A DNA stretch of 64,000 nucleotides from Nitrospirales bacterium. Its GTDB lineage: Bacteria; Nitrospirota; Nitrospiria; Nitrospirales; UBA8639. Below are positions 18,805 to 28,209 of this stretch, piece after piece. Below the pieces are notes generated by a model that saw only the letters and a list, made by a program, of their open reading frames with translations, made no database searches and had not been told where the DNA came from. Positions within the stretch are counted from its first letter, which is position 1; each line of letters opens with the position of its first letter. A program made the translations under genes and the position numbers. The DNA lies in the NCBI GenBank assembly GCA_965223295.1, contig CBDCWC010000002.1:960001-1024000 (forward strand), given 5' to 3'.

Positions 18805-19041
18805 GGGGCTGTTGAATAATGATGATATCAACAGCTAAATTTCGTCTCTGCGACGTCACATGTCAAAGGCCTCGGGTCTGTTCAAAAAAGCATGCTCTAG
18901 GTTTGTCGAAAGGTCCGTCCAGTCCCACCCTGAGCTGGTCGAAGGGAAGGCCGCAGCCATTTTTGCGCGCGGAGCGTACGGGTCCTACGTGAGCACGGAA
19001 AATGGGAGAGAATGCCGGCGGCGGCTTTTTTCAACAGACCC
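18805..19041 (+). mobile_element. MITE family A, copy 1
   Basis: TIRs GGGGCTGTTGAA / TTCAACAGACCC, flanked by GACAA on both sides. Homologous to 51420, 55480 and 61730. Confidence 0.8.
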
Positions 19042-19166
19042 GACAAAGAAAAGAGGAATGCAACACAAAGGCACACTCACCTAATCACATGGATCCTGAT
19101 AAAAAAATCCCCCAAGGATCAGTGAGACCCTTGAGGGAAATTCATTCACAATCTGAAACATCAACT

Positions 19167-20462
19167 CTAAAACGTATACGACGACGCTCGAGGCCGACGA
19201 CCCGTATCATTTCGCCGATGCCGGTCAGACTGCGGCCTCCTCGGACCATTGCCATAACCGGGTCTGCCTTGTGGACCTCTGCTATTACCATAGCCAGAAC
19301 GTGGGGCACGAGTTGCCGCATGACTGGCAATTGGAGCCCGACTACCTGGAGCACGGGGCACAGTTTTTCCTAAAAGCTTCTCAATCATCCGCAACGATCG
19401 ATGATCGTCTCCGGTGACAAAACTCGTGGCCGATCCAATGGCCTTATTTCGTGCCGTTCGGCCGATACGATGCACATAGTCTTCCGGCACACTTGGTAAA
19501 TCATAATTAATGACATGACGAATATTATCCACATCCAATCCACGGGCGGCGATATCTGTGGCCACTAACACTTCAAAGCGTCCACGACGAAATCCCTCAA
19601 GAGCCGCTCGGCGCTGTGGAAGCCGACGCCCCGCATGTAACACTCCAGTGCGACACCCGACCTTTTCTAAGGTTTCGCCAATCCGATCTGCACGATGTTT
19701 GGTCCGAGTAAACACCAATACCGAGCCCTCAGTCTCTTTCAAAATTTTGAGTAAAAGAGACGTTTTCTCAGAATTATTGATGTGATGCACCGTATGCGTC
19801 ACGCCTTCAGCTACCGTCGCAGATTTTGCAACTAAGGCTTTGACAGGATTGTTCAACGACATACGGGCTAGATCATCTAAATTATCTGGCATGGTGGCAG
19901 AAAAAAGTAGGGTCTGACGTTTATCCGGTAAGGCTTCAATGATTTGATTCAATTGAGGCGCAAACCCCATATCCAACATACGATCAGCTTCATCTAACAC
20001 CACAATACTGAGATGAGAAAACAAAATGGTCCCTTGCCACATGTGGTCTAATAATCGCCCGGGCGTGGCAATAATGATATCAGGACGCTGGCGTAACCCA
20101 CGGACTTGCGCCTGCATATCGGCGCCCCCCACGACCGTGGTAGAAAAAATTCTGGATGACCGACCAAGTTTATCTACGGTTCCTTGTATTTGAAAAGCTA
20201 ATTCTCTGGTGGGCGCTAAAATAAGCGCACGAGGCCTTCCTTTAGAGCCAGCAGCCAGCCGTTCAATGATTGGAACGACGAAGGCTGCTGTTTTACCAGT
20301 GCCCGTTTGTGCACATCCCAGCACATCATGCCCTTCTAAGGCTGGGGGAATGGCTTTGGTTTGAATGGGGGTTGGCTCTTTTAATCCAGCCCGATCGAGA
20401 GTTTGAACGACACGCTCAGATACACCAAGCGCACCAAACTGAGACAACACAGTTGCAGACAT
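19167..20462 (-). CDS. rhlE: DEAD-box RNA helicase (RhlE-like)
   Basis: AQTGTGKT, PTRELA, TPGRLLD, LDEADRMLDMGF, SAT, HRIGRTAR, basic tail. Confidence 0.88.
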   Translation of the reverse strand: MSATVLSQFGALGVSERVVQTLDRAGLKEPTPIQTKAIPPALEGHDVLGCAQTGTGKTAAFVVPIIERLAAGSKGRPRALILAPTRELAFQIQGTVDKLGRSSRIFSTTVVGGADMQAQVRGLRQRPDIIIATPGRLLDHMWQGTILFSHLSIVVLDEADRMLDMGFAPQLNQIIEALPDKRQTLLFSATMPDNLDDLARMSLNNPVKALVAKSATVAEGVTHTVHHINNSEKTSLLLKILKETEGSVLVFTRTKHRADRIGETLEKVGCRTGVLHAGRRLPQRRAALEGFRRGRFEVLVATDIAARGLDVDNIRHVINYDLPSVPEDYVHRIGRTARNKAIGSATSFVTGDDHRSLRMIEKLLGKTVPRAPGSRAPIASHAATRAPRSGYGNSRGPQGRPGYGNGPRRPQSDRHRRNDTGRRPRASSYTF

Positions 20463-20632
20463 ACTACTCTTCCTTTTGTTACAAGGATCGTATCTAGGTA
20501 TTCAGAAAACCGAGTGAAGCAGAATTGAGGTGGGAAGTCCGCTCCGAGCAGGATCTGGTCGCGATACGATCGCGAGGCCCGAAATTTCTTGAGTGCTTAC
20601 GCCGTCGGACCGAACCGGCATCAACAAAATAT

Positions 20633-20661
20633 AGAGTACAACACAATCCGAAAACTGTCAA
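20633..20661 (-). promoter_or_regulatory. Sigma70-type promoter for the DEAD-box helicase
   Basis: TTGACA-N17-TACTCT on the minus strand, implying a leader of about 165 nt. Confidence 0.65.
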
Positions 20662-20721
20662 ATACTCGCCTAGACCATTCGCAACACTCTTGCTGACACA
20701 CACAACCGAAAGGCCTCAACC

Positions 20722-21216
20722 ATGAACAGCATTTACGACATCACATGCGAGCGTATCACTGGAGAAAGCCAGCCCCTTTCTGAGCATCAAGACAAAGTCT
20801 TGCTTATCGTAAACACCGCGTCACAATGTGGGTTTACTCCACAATTTCAAGGACTGGAAGCCCTCTACAAACAGTATCACAGCCAAGGATTCGAGGTCTT
20901 AGGGTTTCCCTGCAATCAATTTGGGAGCCAAGATCCGGGAAGTCATGAAGAGATCCACCAGTTCTGTCAAACCAATTACGGAGTCAGTTTTCCCATGTTT
21001 GCCAAAATTGAGGTGAATGGCCCCAATACCCATCCCTTATATCAATATCTCAAAAAGCATGCCCCAGGACTGATGGGGTCAGAAGCCATTAAATGGAACT
21101 TCACGAAATTTCTTGTGGATCAATCAGGCAACCTCCAAGACCGCTTTGCTCCTACGACAAAGCCAGAAGACATTGCTCCGGCCATTCAAAAACTCTTAGC
21201 CCCCAGAGTTATATGA
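20722..21216 (+). CDS. Glutathione peroxidase (Cys-type)
   Basis: VNTASQCGFTPQ, GFPCNQFG, IKWNFTKFL. Confidence 0.95.
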   Translation: MNSIYDITCERITGESQPLSEHQDKVLLIVNTASQCGFTPQFQGLEALYKQYHSQGFEVLGFPCNQFGSQDPGSHEEIHQFCQTNYGVSFPMFAKIEVNGPNTHPLYQYLKKHAPGLMGSEAIKWNFTKFLVDQSGNLQDRFAPTTKPEDIAPAIQKLLAPRVI

Positions 21217-21411
21217 TGCATCGTGACATTGAGAAAATACCGCTATTGCCGTCACTAAAAATTTTCCATTTCATAAAAAAACAGATGCACTTTCGACATC
21301 AAACCGACTACACTATACTTCGTGATGGCCAGAAGAACACGGGCTTCAATGATCAAAATATTCAAATACACACATACACGCTTTTAACCATTCGGAAAGG
21401 GACTTGCGCTC

Positions 21412-21777
21412 ATGGCCGCTACACACACACATTATGCTGAAGGACAATCAGGAGAACTGCATGGATACTCGGGAACAAATCCCCCAGAAGGGACGAAACC
21501 TCTCGTCGAAGCTGATGGCAAGACGCTGACGCCTGATGGTCTGAAATTTTGTCAGCAACGGGGCTATCCCTCGCCCATGGTTGAAACGTTACGAGTGATC
21601 CACGACCAATATCACGCGCCAGCGGTTGGGGAAGCCATTGAAGCGGCGGCTCTCAACTCAGACCTTATGATCGAGAAACAAAACAAAACCAAAAAAATGT
21701 CCGAACGACTCCGGTTGGATTGGGAAAAACAGGATAAAGCTTTTAAAGCCAGCGTTGCCGCGGCAGCAAAAAAATAA
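21412..21777 (+). CDS. Hypothetical protein
   Basis: 121-aa ORF with AAGGG RBS and a charged helical C-terminus. No recognised motif. Confidence 0.65.
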   Translation: MAATHTHYAEGQSGELHGYSGTNPPEGTKPLVEADGKTLTPDGLKFCQQRGYPSPMVETLRVIHDQYHAPAVGEAIEAAALNSDLMIEKQNKTKKMSERLRLDWEKQDKAFKASVAAAAKK

Positions 21778-21840
21778 TCAGGGCAACACTTTCGCCTTCA
21801 TACAGAAGTCCGTCATCATACATGCACACGGAGAACGTTG

Positions 21841-21919
21841 ATGGAAAAAAGCCGGGACTCCAAAAAGAAGCCAGCAAATCTTTAAAGGAAAAACGTGCCG
21901 AAAAAAGGCAAAGAAATAA
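21841..21919 (+). pseudogene. Small Lys-rich protein, apparently frameshifted twice
   Basis: GGAG RBS then ATG. Restoring one A in each of two A-runs gives MEKSRDSKKKPAKSLKEKRAEKKAKK*. Confidence 0.5.
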
Positions 21920-22097
21920 CTCCCTCAAACAACCCACCCTACTATTGAGAAGAGGCGATCCTCCTTTACTAGCGGTCACACTTCAGACAAGCTTTGAACT
22001 CTGACTCATTTCATACGGAGTCGGATAGCCGAAGACACGCCCAACTATAAAGTGGTTCCTTCTGCTGTGACTTTAAAAAACGTTCACATTCAGACGC

Positions 22098-22757
22098 ATG
22101 AACTTTTGTCTGCACATGAAGAATACGACATTAGAATTGATAGATTTAGATCGACCAGATGATGCACCAATCTCTATCGATTTTGCCTCAGGGAAAACAG
22201 CCTATCGAAGAAAATATGGTCATGCGGGTGGTGAAGCCGTTAGTAAAGCCGTTGGAATCAAAAAAGGCCATCGCCCTAATGTTGTGGATGCTACTGCTGG
22301 TTGGGGACGGGATGCATTTGTGCTCGCAACCCTGGGCTGTCATGTACATATGATTGAACGGTCTGAAGTGATCGCCAAACTCTTGGAAGATGCACTACGT
22401 CGAGCAGAAAAAGATAAGAAAATCGGCATGATCGTCAAAAACAACCTCTCGTTAACTTGGGGAGAGAGTCAGAGAGAATTGTTCCATATCCCGTTTGAAC
22501 CTGAAGTCATTTATCTCGATCCGATGTTCCCTCAAAAAGAAAAATCAGCCCTCGTCAAAAAAGACATGCGAATATTACAAGAAATCGTCGGACCAGATGA
22601 GGACGCGAACGCATTACTCAACCTCGCCCGAACAGTAGCCACCAACCGAGTCGTCGTCAAACGACCCACCTACGCCAATTTCCTAGCTGAACTCAAACCT
22701 AACACTTCAATCAAAACAAAAAAACACCGCTTCGACATCTACCTCACCAAAACCTAG
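22098..22757 (+). CDS. rsmJ: 16S rRNA m2G1516 methyltransferase RsmJ (YhiQ)-like
   Basis: VVDATAGWGRDAFVLA, VIYLDPMFP, SALVKKDMR, RVVVKRP, RFDIY. Confidence 0.88.
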   Translation: MNFCLHMKNTTLELIDLDRPDDAPISIDFASGKTAYRRKYGHAGGEAVSKAVGIKKGHRPNVVDATAGWGRDAFVLATLGCHVHMIERSEVIAKLLEDALRRAEKDKKIGMIVKNNLSLTWGESQRELFHIPFEPEVIYLDPMFPQKEKSALVKKDMRILQEIVGPDEDANALLNLARTVATNRVVVKRPTYANFLAELKPNTSIKTKKHRFDIYLTKT

Positions 22758-22781
22758 ACTTCTAGAGATATAATTAATGGG

Positions 22782-22813
22782 GTCAGACTCGAATTAATTA
22801 ATTCGAGTCTGAC
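22782..22813. repeat. Perfect 32-bp palindrome
   Basis: GTCAGACTCGAATTAATTAATTCGAGTCTGAC equals its own reverse complement. Confidence 0.9.
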
Positions 22814-22952
22814 TCCCTTAAGGATAAGGTTGGTTTTGGGGAGAATTTTCGGTATCATCACGAAATGATGCTTCCTTATTAACGTATCGCTTCAGCCGCT
22901 TCGGTTAGAAATTCTCCTCTCTCTGCTTGAAGATTAGAAAAAGAAATTCACG

Positions 22953-23930
22953 ATGAAGTCTCGTGCATTTAATAGCCATGCCCAAACGGCTCGTGAGGCT
23001 TGGAATATCCTCGAACAGCGCCGCCAAGGGGTTGAAGGGACTGACAGCATTGGCCTTGTCGTTCAGGGAGGAGGGATGCGCGGGGTCTATTCCATGGGTG
23101 CCCTCGCTGCACTTGAGGAAATGGGATTTTGTCAATGCTTTGATCATTTGGTTGGCTCATCGGCGGGAGCACTCAATGGTGCCTATTTTCTTACTGAACA
23201 AGCCAGCTATGGAGTGGAAACCTACATCCATCACTTATCAAAGAAAAGTTTTGTCAATCCATTTCGCGTCAAACGAATCGTGGATATTGACTATCTCGTG
23301 GATCAAATCGGAAAGAAGGTGCGACCACTTCATCTTGATAAACTCTTCACCTCCCCTACCACATTGCATATCTCACTCACAGATCACTCACATGCCCGTA
23401 CCCGCTGGGTCACAACCCGCACTCCTGGAATTGATATCTGGGAAGCCTTTCGTGCAACTGCGGCCATCCCGCTTCTTTATAATAAATCAGTGAAAGTCGG
23501 TGATGGCCATTATGTCGATGGTTCGATTAGCGCACGGATTCCAATCCAACATATGATGAAATTAGACTGCCGCTATATCGTTGTCATTTTGACCATGCCT
23601 CATGATCATCGTATTACCTCTACCCATTCCTTACTTCAATCGCTTACTTGGCCTGCAACTCGCCACTATAGCCCCGCACTCAAACAAGCCTTTTTTGGCG
23701 AGGATGAAGATTACAATTCCACCAAAGTTCACCTGGCGAATGAAAACCCTTACATCTTTGGAAATGCCAAACGGATCTTAGTAATCAGCCCATATCGGTC
23801 TCCCGAAATGTTTTCCACAATTACTACCAACCCTAAACAATTGTTACAGGGAGCCCTACAAGCTCGGGAAGATACCTGGCGGGCCTTTGGACAATCAGCC
23901 CCTTCAATAGCTAACCCCTTTGCGGCTTGA
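22953..23930 (+). CDS. Patatin-like phospholipase
   Basis: GGGMRG, GSSAG nucleophile elbow, YVDGS. Confidence 0.88.
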   Translation: MKSRAFNSHAQTAREAWNILEQRRQGVEGTDSIGLVVQGGGMRGVYSMGALAALEEMGFCQCFDHLVGSSAGALNGAYFLTEQASYGVETYIHHLSKKSFVNPFRVKRIVDIDYLVDQIGKKVRPLHLDKLFTSPTTLHISLTDHSHARTRWVTTRTPGIDIWEAFRATAAIPLLYNKSVKVGDGHYVDGSISARIPIQHMMKLDCRYIVVILTMPHDHRITSTHSLLQSLTWPATRHYSPALKQAFFGEDEDYNSTKVHLANENPYIFGNAKRILVISPYRSPEMFSTITTNPKQLLQGALQAREDTWRAFGQSAPSIANPFAA

Positions 23931-23994
23931 CTCTCATATCTTCTCTTTTTAGGGACACTGTCTTCGATCTCGACAATATTCCTTTATGCTCTAA

Positions 23995-24449
23995 TCAGGG
24001 TTTCTTTGCTGACGAATCAGCGTGAGCTTTTTGTTGTTTCTGCTGATACAACGCTTCGAAATTTACTGGATTAAGTATCACAGTTGGGAATCCGGCCCGT
24101 GTCACTGCAGACGAAACCGTCTCACGTAAATAAGGAAAGAGAATATTCGGGCAACCAATCCCCAACACAGGATTGACCTCTTCTTGAGAAATATGCTGAA
24201 TACGAAAAATACCAGCTTGTACAACCTCGACGAGAAACATCACTTTATCCTTGACCTTCGCCGTCACCGTTACCGTGATAGAAGTATCATACAAACCTTC
24301 ATCAACACGTTGGTTTTGGTATTCAGCTCTACATGAACGTCTGGTGCCGCACGTTCAAGAAAAATACCTGGTGCATTGGGGACTTCTATGGACAAATCCT
24401 TCACATAGATTTTTTCGACGGCAAAAACCGGCTTCTGTTCTTCACTCAT
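23995..24449 (-). pseudogene. secB: Protein-export chaperone SecB, frameshifted by 1 nt
   Basis: ATG at 24449 reads MSEEQKPVFAVEKIYVKDLSIEVPNAP. The frame shifts near 24311 into RVDEGLYDTSITVTVTAK...CPNILFPYLRE...GFPTVILNPVNFEALY. Total 455 nt. Confidence 0.85.
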
Positions 24450-24697
24450 ATTGCATCCTACGTTTCATGAAAAAAGTAATAACTTCAAGCCCAATGAGCC
24501 TAAACAACATCTTCACACGTCCATACGGAAAGGAGTGGCAATATCGTCAACCAAATCACCCTTATTGACAAGCTGCTTTATCTTACCATCATTCATTGCG
24601 CATATCCTGTTTCCACAATTGCTTCTCATCCCCCACTCGGGCACAATCCGTTCTATATTTTCTTTTCATCATCTCTTATGAACGAAAGGCTACCCTC

Positions 24698-25240
24698 ATG
24701 TCTCCTTTTGTTGAACGAATGACACGAGCGGCCAAGCTAGACACACAGCTCTACGAGGAAGTTGAAGCGGACAAGAATACCATGGGACAGGCTATGGGCG
24801 TAGTGGCCTTATCCAGCCTAGCTGGGGGAATTGGGTTTATGCAGAATGCCGGGTTGACCGGGCTTTTCATCGGAACAGTTGGAGCTCTGATTGGGTGGTA
24901 CGTCTGGGCCTTTTTGACCTATATGATTGGTACAAAACTACTTCCAGAACCTCAAACGCAGGCGGATTTAGGGGAACTCCTGCGAACGATAGGCTTTTCA
25001 AGCGCACCAGGAGTGCTACGAATTTTTGGGATTATCCCTGGATTAGGCATGCTGGTAAATCTTCTGACGAGTGTCTGGATGCTCATTGCCATGGTGATTG
25101 CAGTGCGTCAAGCGTTGGATTATCATAGCACGTACCGCGCCATTGGAGTCTGTATCATTGGATGGGTGATACAAGCTGCGCTGTTTGCCGTGATTTTGAG
25201 TATCACGGGTGGAGCCCCCCAGCCCATGCTCGAAAATTAA
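24698..25240 (+). CDS. YIP1-family membrane protein
   Basis: About five hydrophobic segments, with YEEVEAD and AVRQALDY motifs. Confidence 0.7.
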   Translation: MSPFVERMTRAAKLDTQLYEEVEADKNTMGQAMGVVALSSLAGGIGFMQNAGLTGLFIGTVGALIGWYVWAFLTYMIGTKLLPEPQTQADLGELLRTIGFSSAPGVLRIFGIIPGLGMLVNLLTSVWMLIAMVIAVRQALDYHSTYRAIGVCIIGWVIQAALFAVILSITGGAPQPMLEN

Positions 25241-25273
25241 CTAACGGCCGACACGAAAAAAGAGGGACACAAG

Positions 25274-26245
25274 ATGAACGCACGATTTTCTTATCTCTCG
25301 TGGCGACAGCTAGGAGCCGCAATTGCGAGTATGGCGTTAGGGTTCGGATGTGCCTCGACTCCATCGACCAGCCCACTGGCTCCCCCCCGAACAACGCACT
25401 TACCTGAGCACGGCATCTCCGCTCATCGGGGAGGCCTCATGGGATGCCCAGCCAATACCATTGGGGCCTTTCAACGTGCCATTTGTCGAGGTGTCCATCA
25501 AATTGAGCTTGATGTCCGGACCACCACGGATAACGTCGTCGTGGTTGCACATGATAGTCACATGACAGGCAAAAACCACACACTTTCTATTTCCAGATCA
25601 ACCCTTAATGAAATTAAAGGGCTTGAACTTGGCTCCTGTTCAGGGGAGCAACACGTTCAACACATCCCAACGTTAGAAGAGGCACTCGACATCATGCCAA
25701 AAAACATATGGATTAATGTGGATATGAAAGAGAATGATCCCCGCACCGCCAAGCTTGTTGCCAATGTCGTCGCCAAAAGTAATCGCTTTGACCAAGTCAT
25801 CTTTGCCGCACGAGATAAGGCCGTGCCTTCCGTACGTCACATTGCACAGGAAACGGGACAACAAAGCTGGATCGCGAATATGAATCGCAAACTGTTTCGA
25901 AGCCAATATATTGATGCCACAATTGAATCCGGTGCGGAGTTTATCCAATTAATTGAGTTACCCTATCTTCCTTTTTTGCGAGGAACACCAAGCCAAGAGA
26001 CCGTGGATCGCTTGAGAAACGCCGGGGTGCGAGTGAATTATTCCTGGCTCAGGGAGCAAAACGAAATAGAGCTTAAACAAAAGCTCGACGACTTATTTGA
26101 TCGCAAGGTGAATTTTGTTCTTGTCGACCATGTGGACCCAGCCATGAAAGCGGCTGTCACCTTGGGAATCTCTCCTCTCATTCCAGACTGGGATCTCACA
26201 TCTCCTTCAACCAGTGACTTCCCGTTTCAGTGTCCCGCTTCATGA
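25274..26245 (+). CDS. Glycerophosphodiester phosphodiesterase family lipoprotein
   Basis: SAHRGG, IELDVR, VVAHD, IPTLEE, GFGC lipobox. Confidence 0.85.
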   Translation: MNARFSYLSWRQLGAAIASMALGFGCASTPSTSPLAPPRTTHLPEHGISAHRGGLMGCPANTIGAFQRAICRGVHQIELDVRTTTDNVVVVAHDSHMTGKNHTLSISRSTLNEIKGLELGSCSGEQHVQHIPTLEEALDIMPKNIWINVDMKENDPRTAKLVANVVAKSNRFDQVIFAARDKAVPSVRHIAQETGQQSWIANMNRKLFRSQYIDATIESGAEFIQLIELPYLPFLRGTPSQETVDRLRNAGVRVNYSWLREQNEIELKQKLDDLFDRKVNFVLVDHVDPAMKAAVTLGISPLIPDWDLTSPSTSDFPFQCPAS

Positions 26246-26387
26246 GTGTTTCAATAAACCTCCTGTGAAAAATCACGCGAGTGTCTCCCTAAAAAGGAGG
26301 CACTATGCTATAGTCATTCCGAAATTTCACAATCCAAACGACAAAAATATTAAGCCTTCACCTCTTTAACCCATTGGATGTTTTTCT

Positions 26388-27233
26388 ATGAATGATATCT
26401 CGCCAGTCGCCATTGAAGAATTTATGCAGCAAGAGCTGGAAGTAGTCAGCGAAAAGACCACCACCGTAGAAGCCGCGGTCCATATGGCGGACAAACGTAT
26501 CGGCTGTTTAGTTGTTCAGGGAGAAGGGTCTGATGACGATCACCAACCCATCTTGGGGCTGGTCTCTGAAACAGACTTAGTCCGCAAAGTTATGGCCACC
26601 AATCTGTCGAGCTCAACAACCACAGTCTCGCAAGTAATGTTGACTCCCTTGCACACCATTGCCAGCCATCGCCCCATGGTTGACGCCAGCCACGTCATGG
26701 AGCAACAGGGCGTCCGACATCTCTGCGTTGCCAAAGATGAAGAAATCGTGGGCCTTATTTCTATCCGAGACCTCGTCCGGTATTTTGTCTATGCGGAATC
26801 TGGCCCTATCCGGGAATTGGACAATGTGTATCGTCCACTCAGCATCCTCATGCAAAAGTCCATTGAAACGATTGATAGTGAGGTCCCCGTTCAACAAGCA
26901 GCTCAACGGATGGGCGAGAAAAAAATTGGGGCCCTGTTGGTCGAACAGGATGGAGCATTCAAAGGCATTGTGACCGAACGCGACTTAGTGACCAAAGTCT
27001 TAAGTCAAGAAGAGGATGCAAACACACTCAGTGTCAAAGCCGTGATGAATCACCCCCTTATCGACATCGACATTAATCGAACCATCCATGATGCCAGTGA
27101 CCTTATGGCTGAAAAATGGATTCGGCATCTACCCGTCACGGAAAATCATCAGATCGTAGGCATTCTTTCCGTACGCGACCTGATTCGTATGATCGCCCTC
27201 CGCGACCGCCCCCGCTTCCTCAAACAACAATAA
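26388..27233 (+). CDS. Tandem CBS-pair domain protein
   Basis: Four CBS motifs (GLVSETDL, GLISIRDL, GIVTERDL, GILSVRDL). Confidence 0.9.
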   Translation: MNDISPVAIEEFMQQELEVVSEKTTTVEAAVHMADKRIGCLVVQGEGSDDDHQPILGLVSETDLVRKVMATNLSSSTTTVSQVMLTPLHTIASHRPMVDASHVMEQQGVRHLCVAKDEEIVGLISIRDLVRYFVYAESGPIRELDNVYRPLSILMQKSIETIDSEVPVQQAAQRMGEKKIGALLVEQDGAFKGIVTERDLVTKVLSQEEDANTLSVKAVMNHPLIDIDINRTIHDASDLMAEKWIRHLPVTENHQIVGILSVRDLIRMIALRDRPRFLKQQ

Positions 27234-27301
27234 AGTTTGATCAAATTGAAAAAGAAATGACGAACCGATCCTCATTCTCGATGGCATATGAAGGCGAGGA
27301 C

Positions 27302-28147
27302 TTAGCCTGTATTAGGTGTTTCAAGGCTCATGCGACCTAAAGTGCCATTGCGGAATTCGGTGAGTAAAATTTTTGCCGCTTTTTCTCTATCAATCTCCCC
27401 GCCTTTACCCTTCCGCAGACATCCCCGTTTTCTGCCTATCACGTCAAAGACACCGTTGCTATCTAGTTCGCCGACTTCACACTGGTAACGTTTCGTAAGA
27501 AGAATGGGATAACGCTCAAGAAGAATTGAGGCCAGAAATTCAGCAATCTCTTCATCTACGACCGCATTCGCACCAATCGCATGGATCGCGGCTAACTTAT
27601 AACCGACAACCGGATCTTCTATTTTGGGCCATAGCAGGCCTGGGGAGTCAATGAGCGTCATACGATCATTCAACGTATGGCGCTGCTGTTTTCTGGTAAC
27701 AGCAGGCTCATTGCCCTCCTTAGCAATACGGCGCTTGAGGAGCTGGTTTATGAAAGTCGATTTACCGACGTTGGGTATGCCCATAATAAGCATACGGAGG
27801 GGCTTATGACTGCTGTTGCGATGTGGAGCTAAAAGCTGACACAGGTAGGGAACTTTCGCAGCCTGCACAGATTTATTGCAGGACAGGGCTACCGCATTCA
27901 CATTTTCTTTTTGATTATAGAGGCGAAGCCAATCTTTGGTGACGACAGGGTCTGCCAAATCAGCTTTATTGAGCACTTTCAAACAAGGCCGCTTATGCTG
28001 AAGCCTGAGTTCCGTAATCATTGGATTACTACTGACTTCTGGCGCACGCGCATCTAACAGTTCAATGACCACATCAATGGCTTCCATTCTCTTTGCCGCT
28101 TCTCTGCGCGCAGTATTCATGTGACCTGGAAACCATTGTATAGCCAT
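27302..28147 (-). CDS. ylqF: Ribosome biogenesis GTPase RbgA/YlqF
   Basis: IQWFPGHM, DARAP, NKADL, GIPNVGKS, DSPGLLWPK. Confidence 0.93.
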   Translation of the reverse strand: MAIQWFPGHMNTARREAAKRMEAIDVVIELLDARAPEVSSNPMITELRLQHKRPCLKVLNKADLADPVVTKDWLRLYNQKENVNAVALSCNKSVQAAKVPYLCQLLAPHRNSSHKPLRMLIMGIPNVGKSTFINQLLKRRIAKEGNEPAVTRKQQRHTLNDRMTLIDSPGLLWPKIEDPVVGYKLAAIHAIGANAVVDEEIAEFLASILLERYPILLTKRYQCEVGELDSNGVFDVIGRKRGCLRKGKGGEIDREKAAKILLTEFRNGTLGRMSLETPNTG

Positions 28148-28209
28148 AAAACTGTTACGCTATCTGAACGCTTTCAATTGCATCTCCAACACTGCCACAT
28201 AGCAGTAGG

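Noticed and set aside
18805-19041. Repeats as a CRISPR array
   Set aside because: The copies are dispersed and long, with TIRs. There is no regular repeat-spacer periodicity and no cas genes.
18860-19084. Short ORFs 18860-19084, 51417-51602, 55399-55710, 55463-55690 and 61662-62036 with mutual similarity
   Set aside because: They are translations of MITE family A. The similarity is at the DNA-repeat level.
20722-21216. Selenocysteine glutathione peroxidase
   Set aside because: The active-site codon is TGT (Cys) and there is no in-frame TGA.
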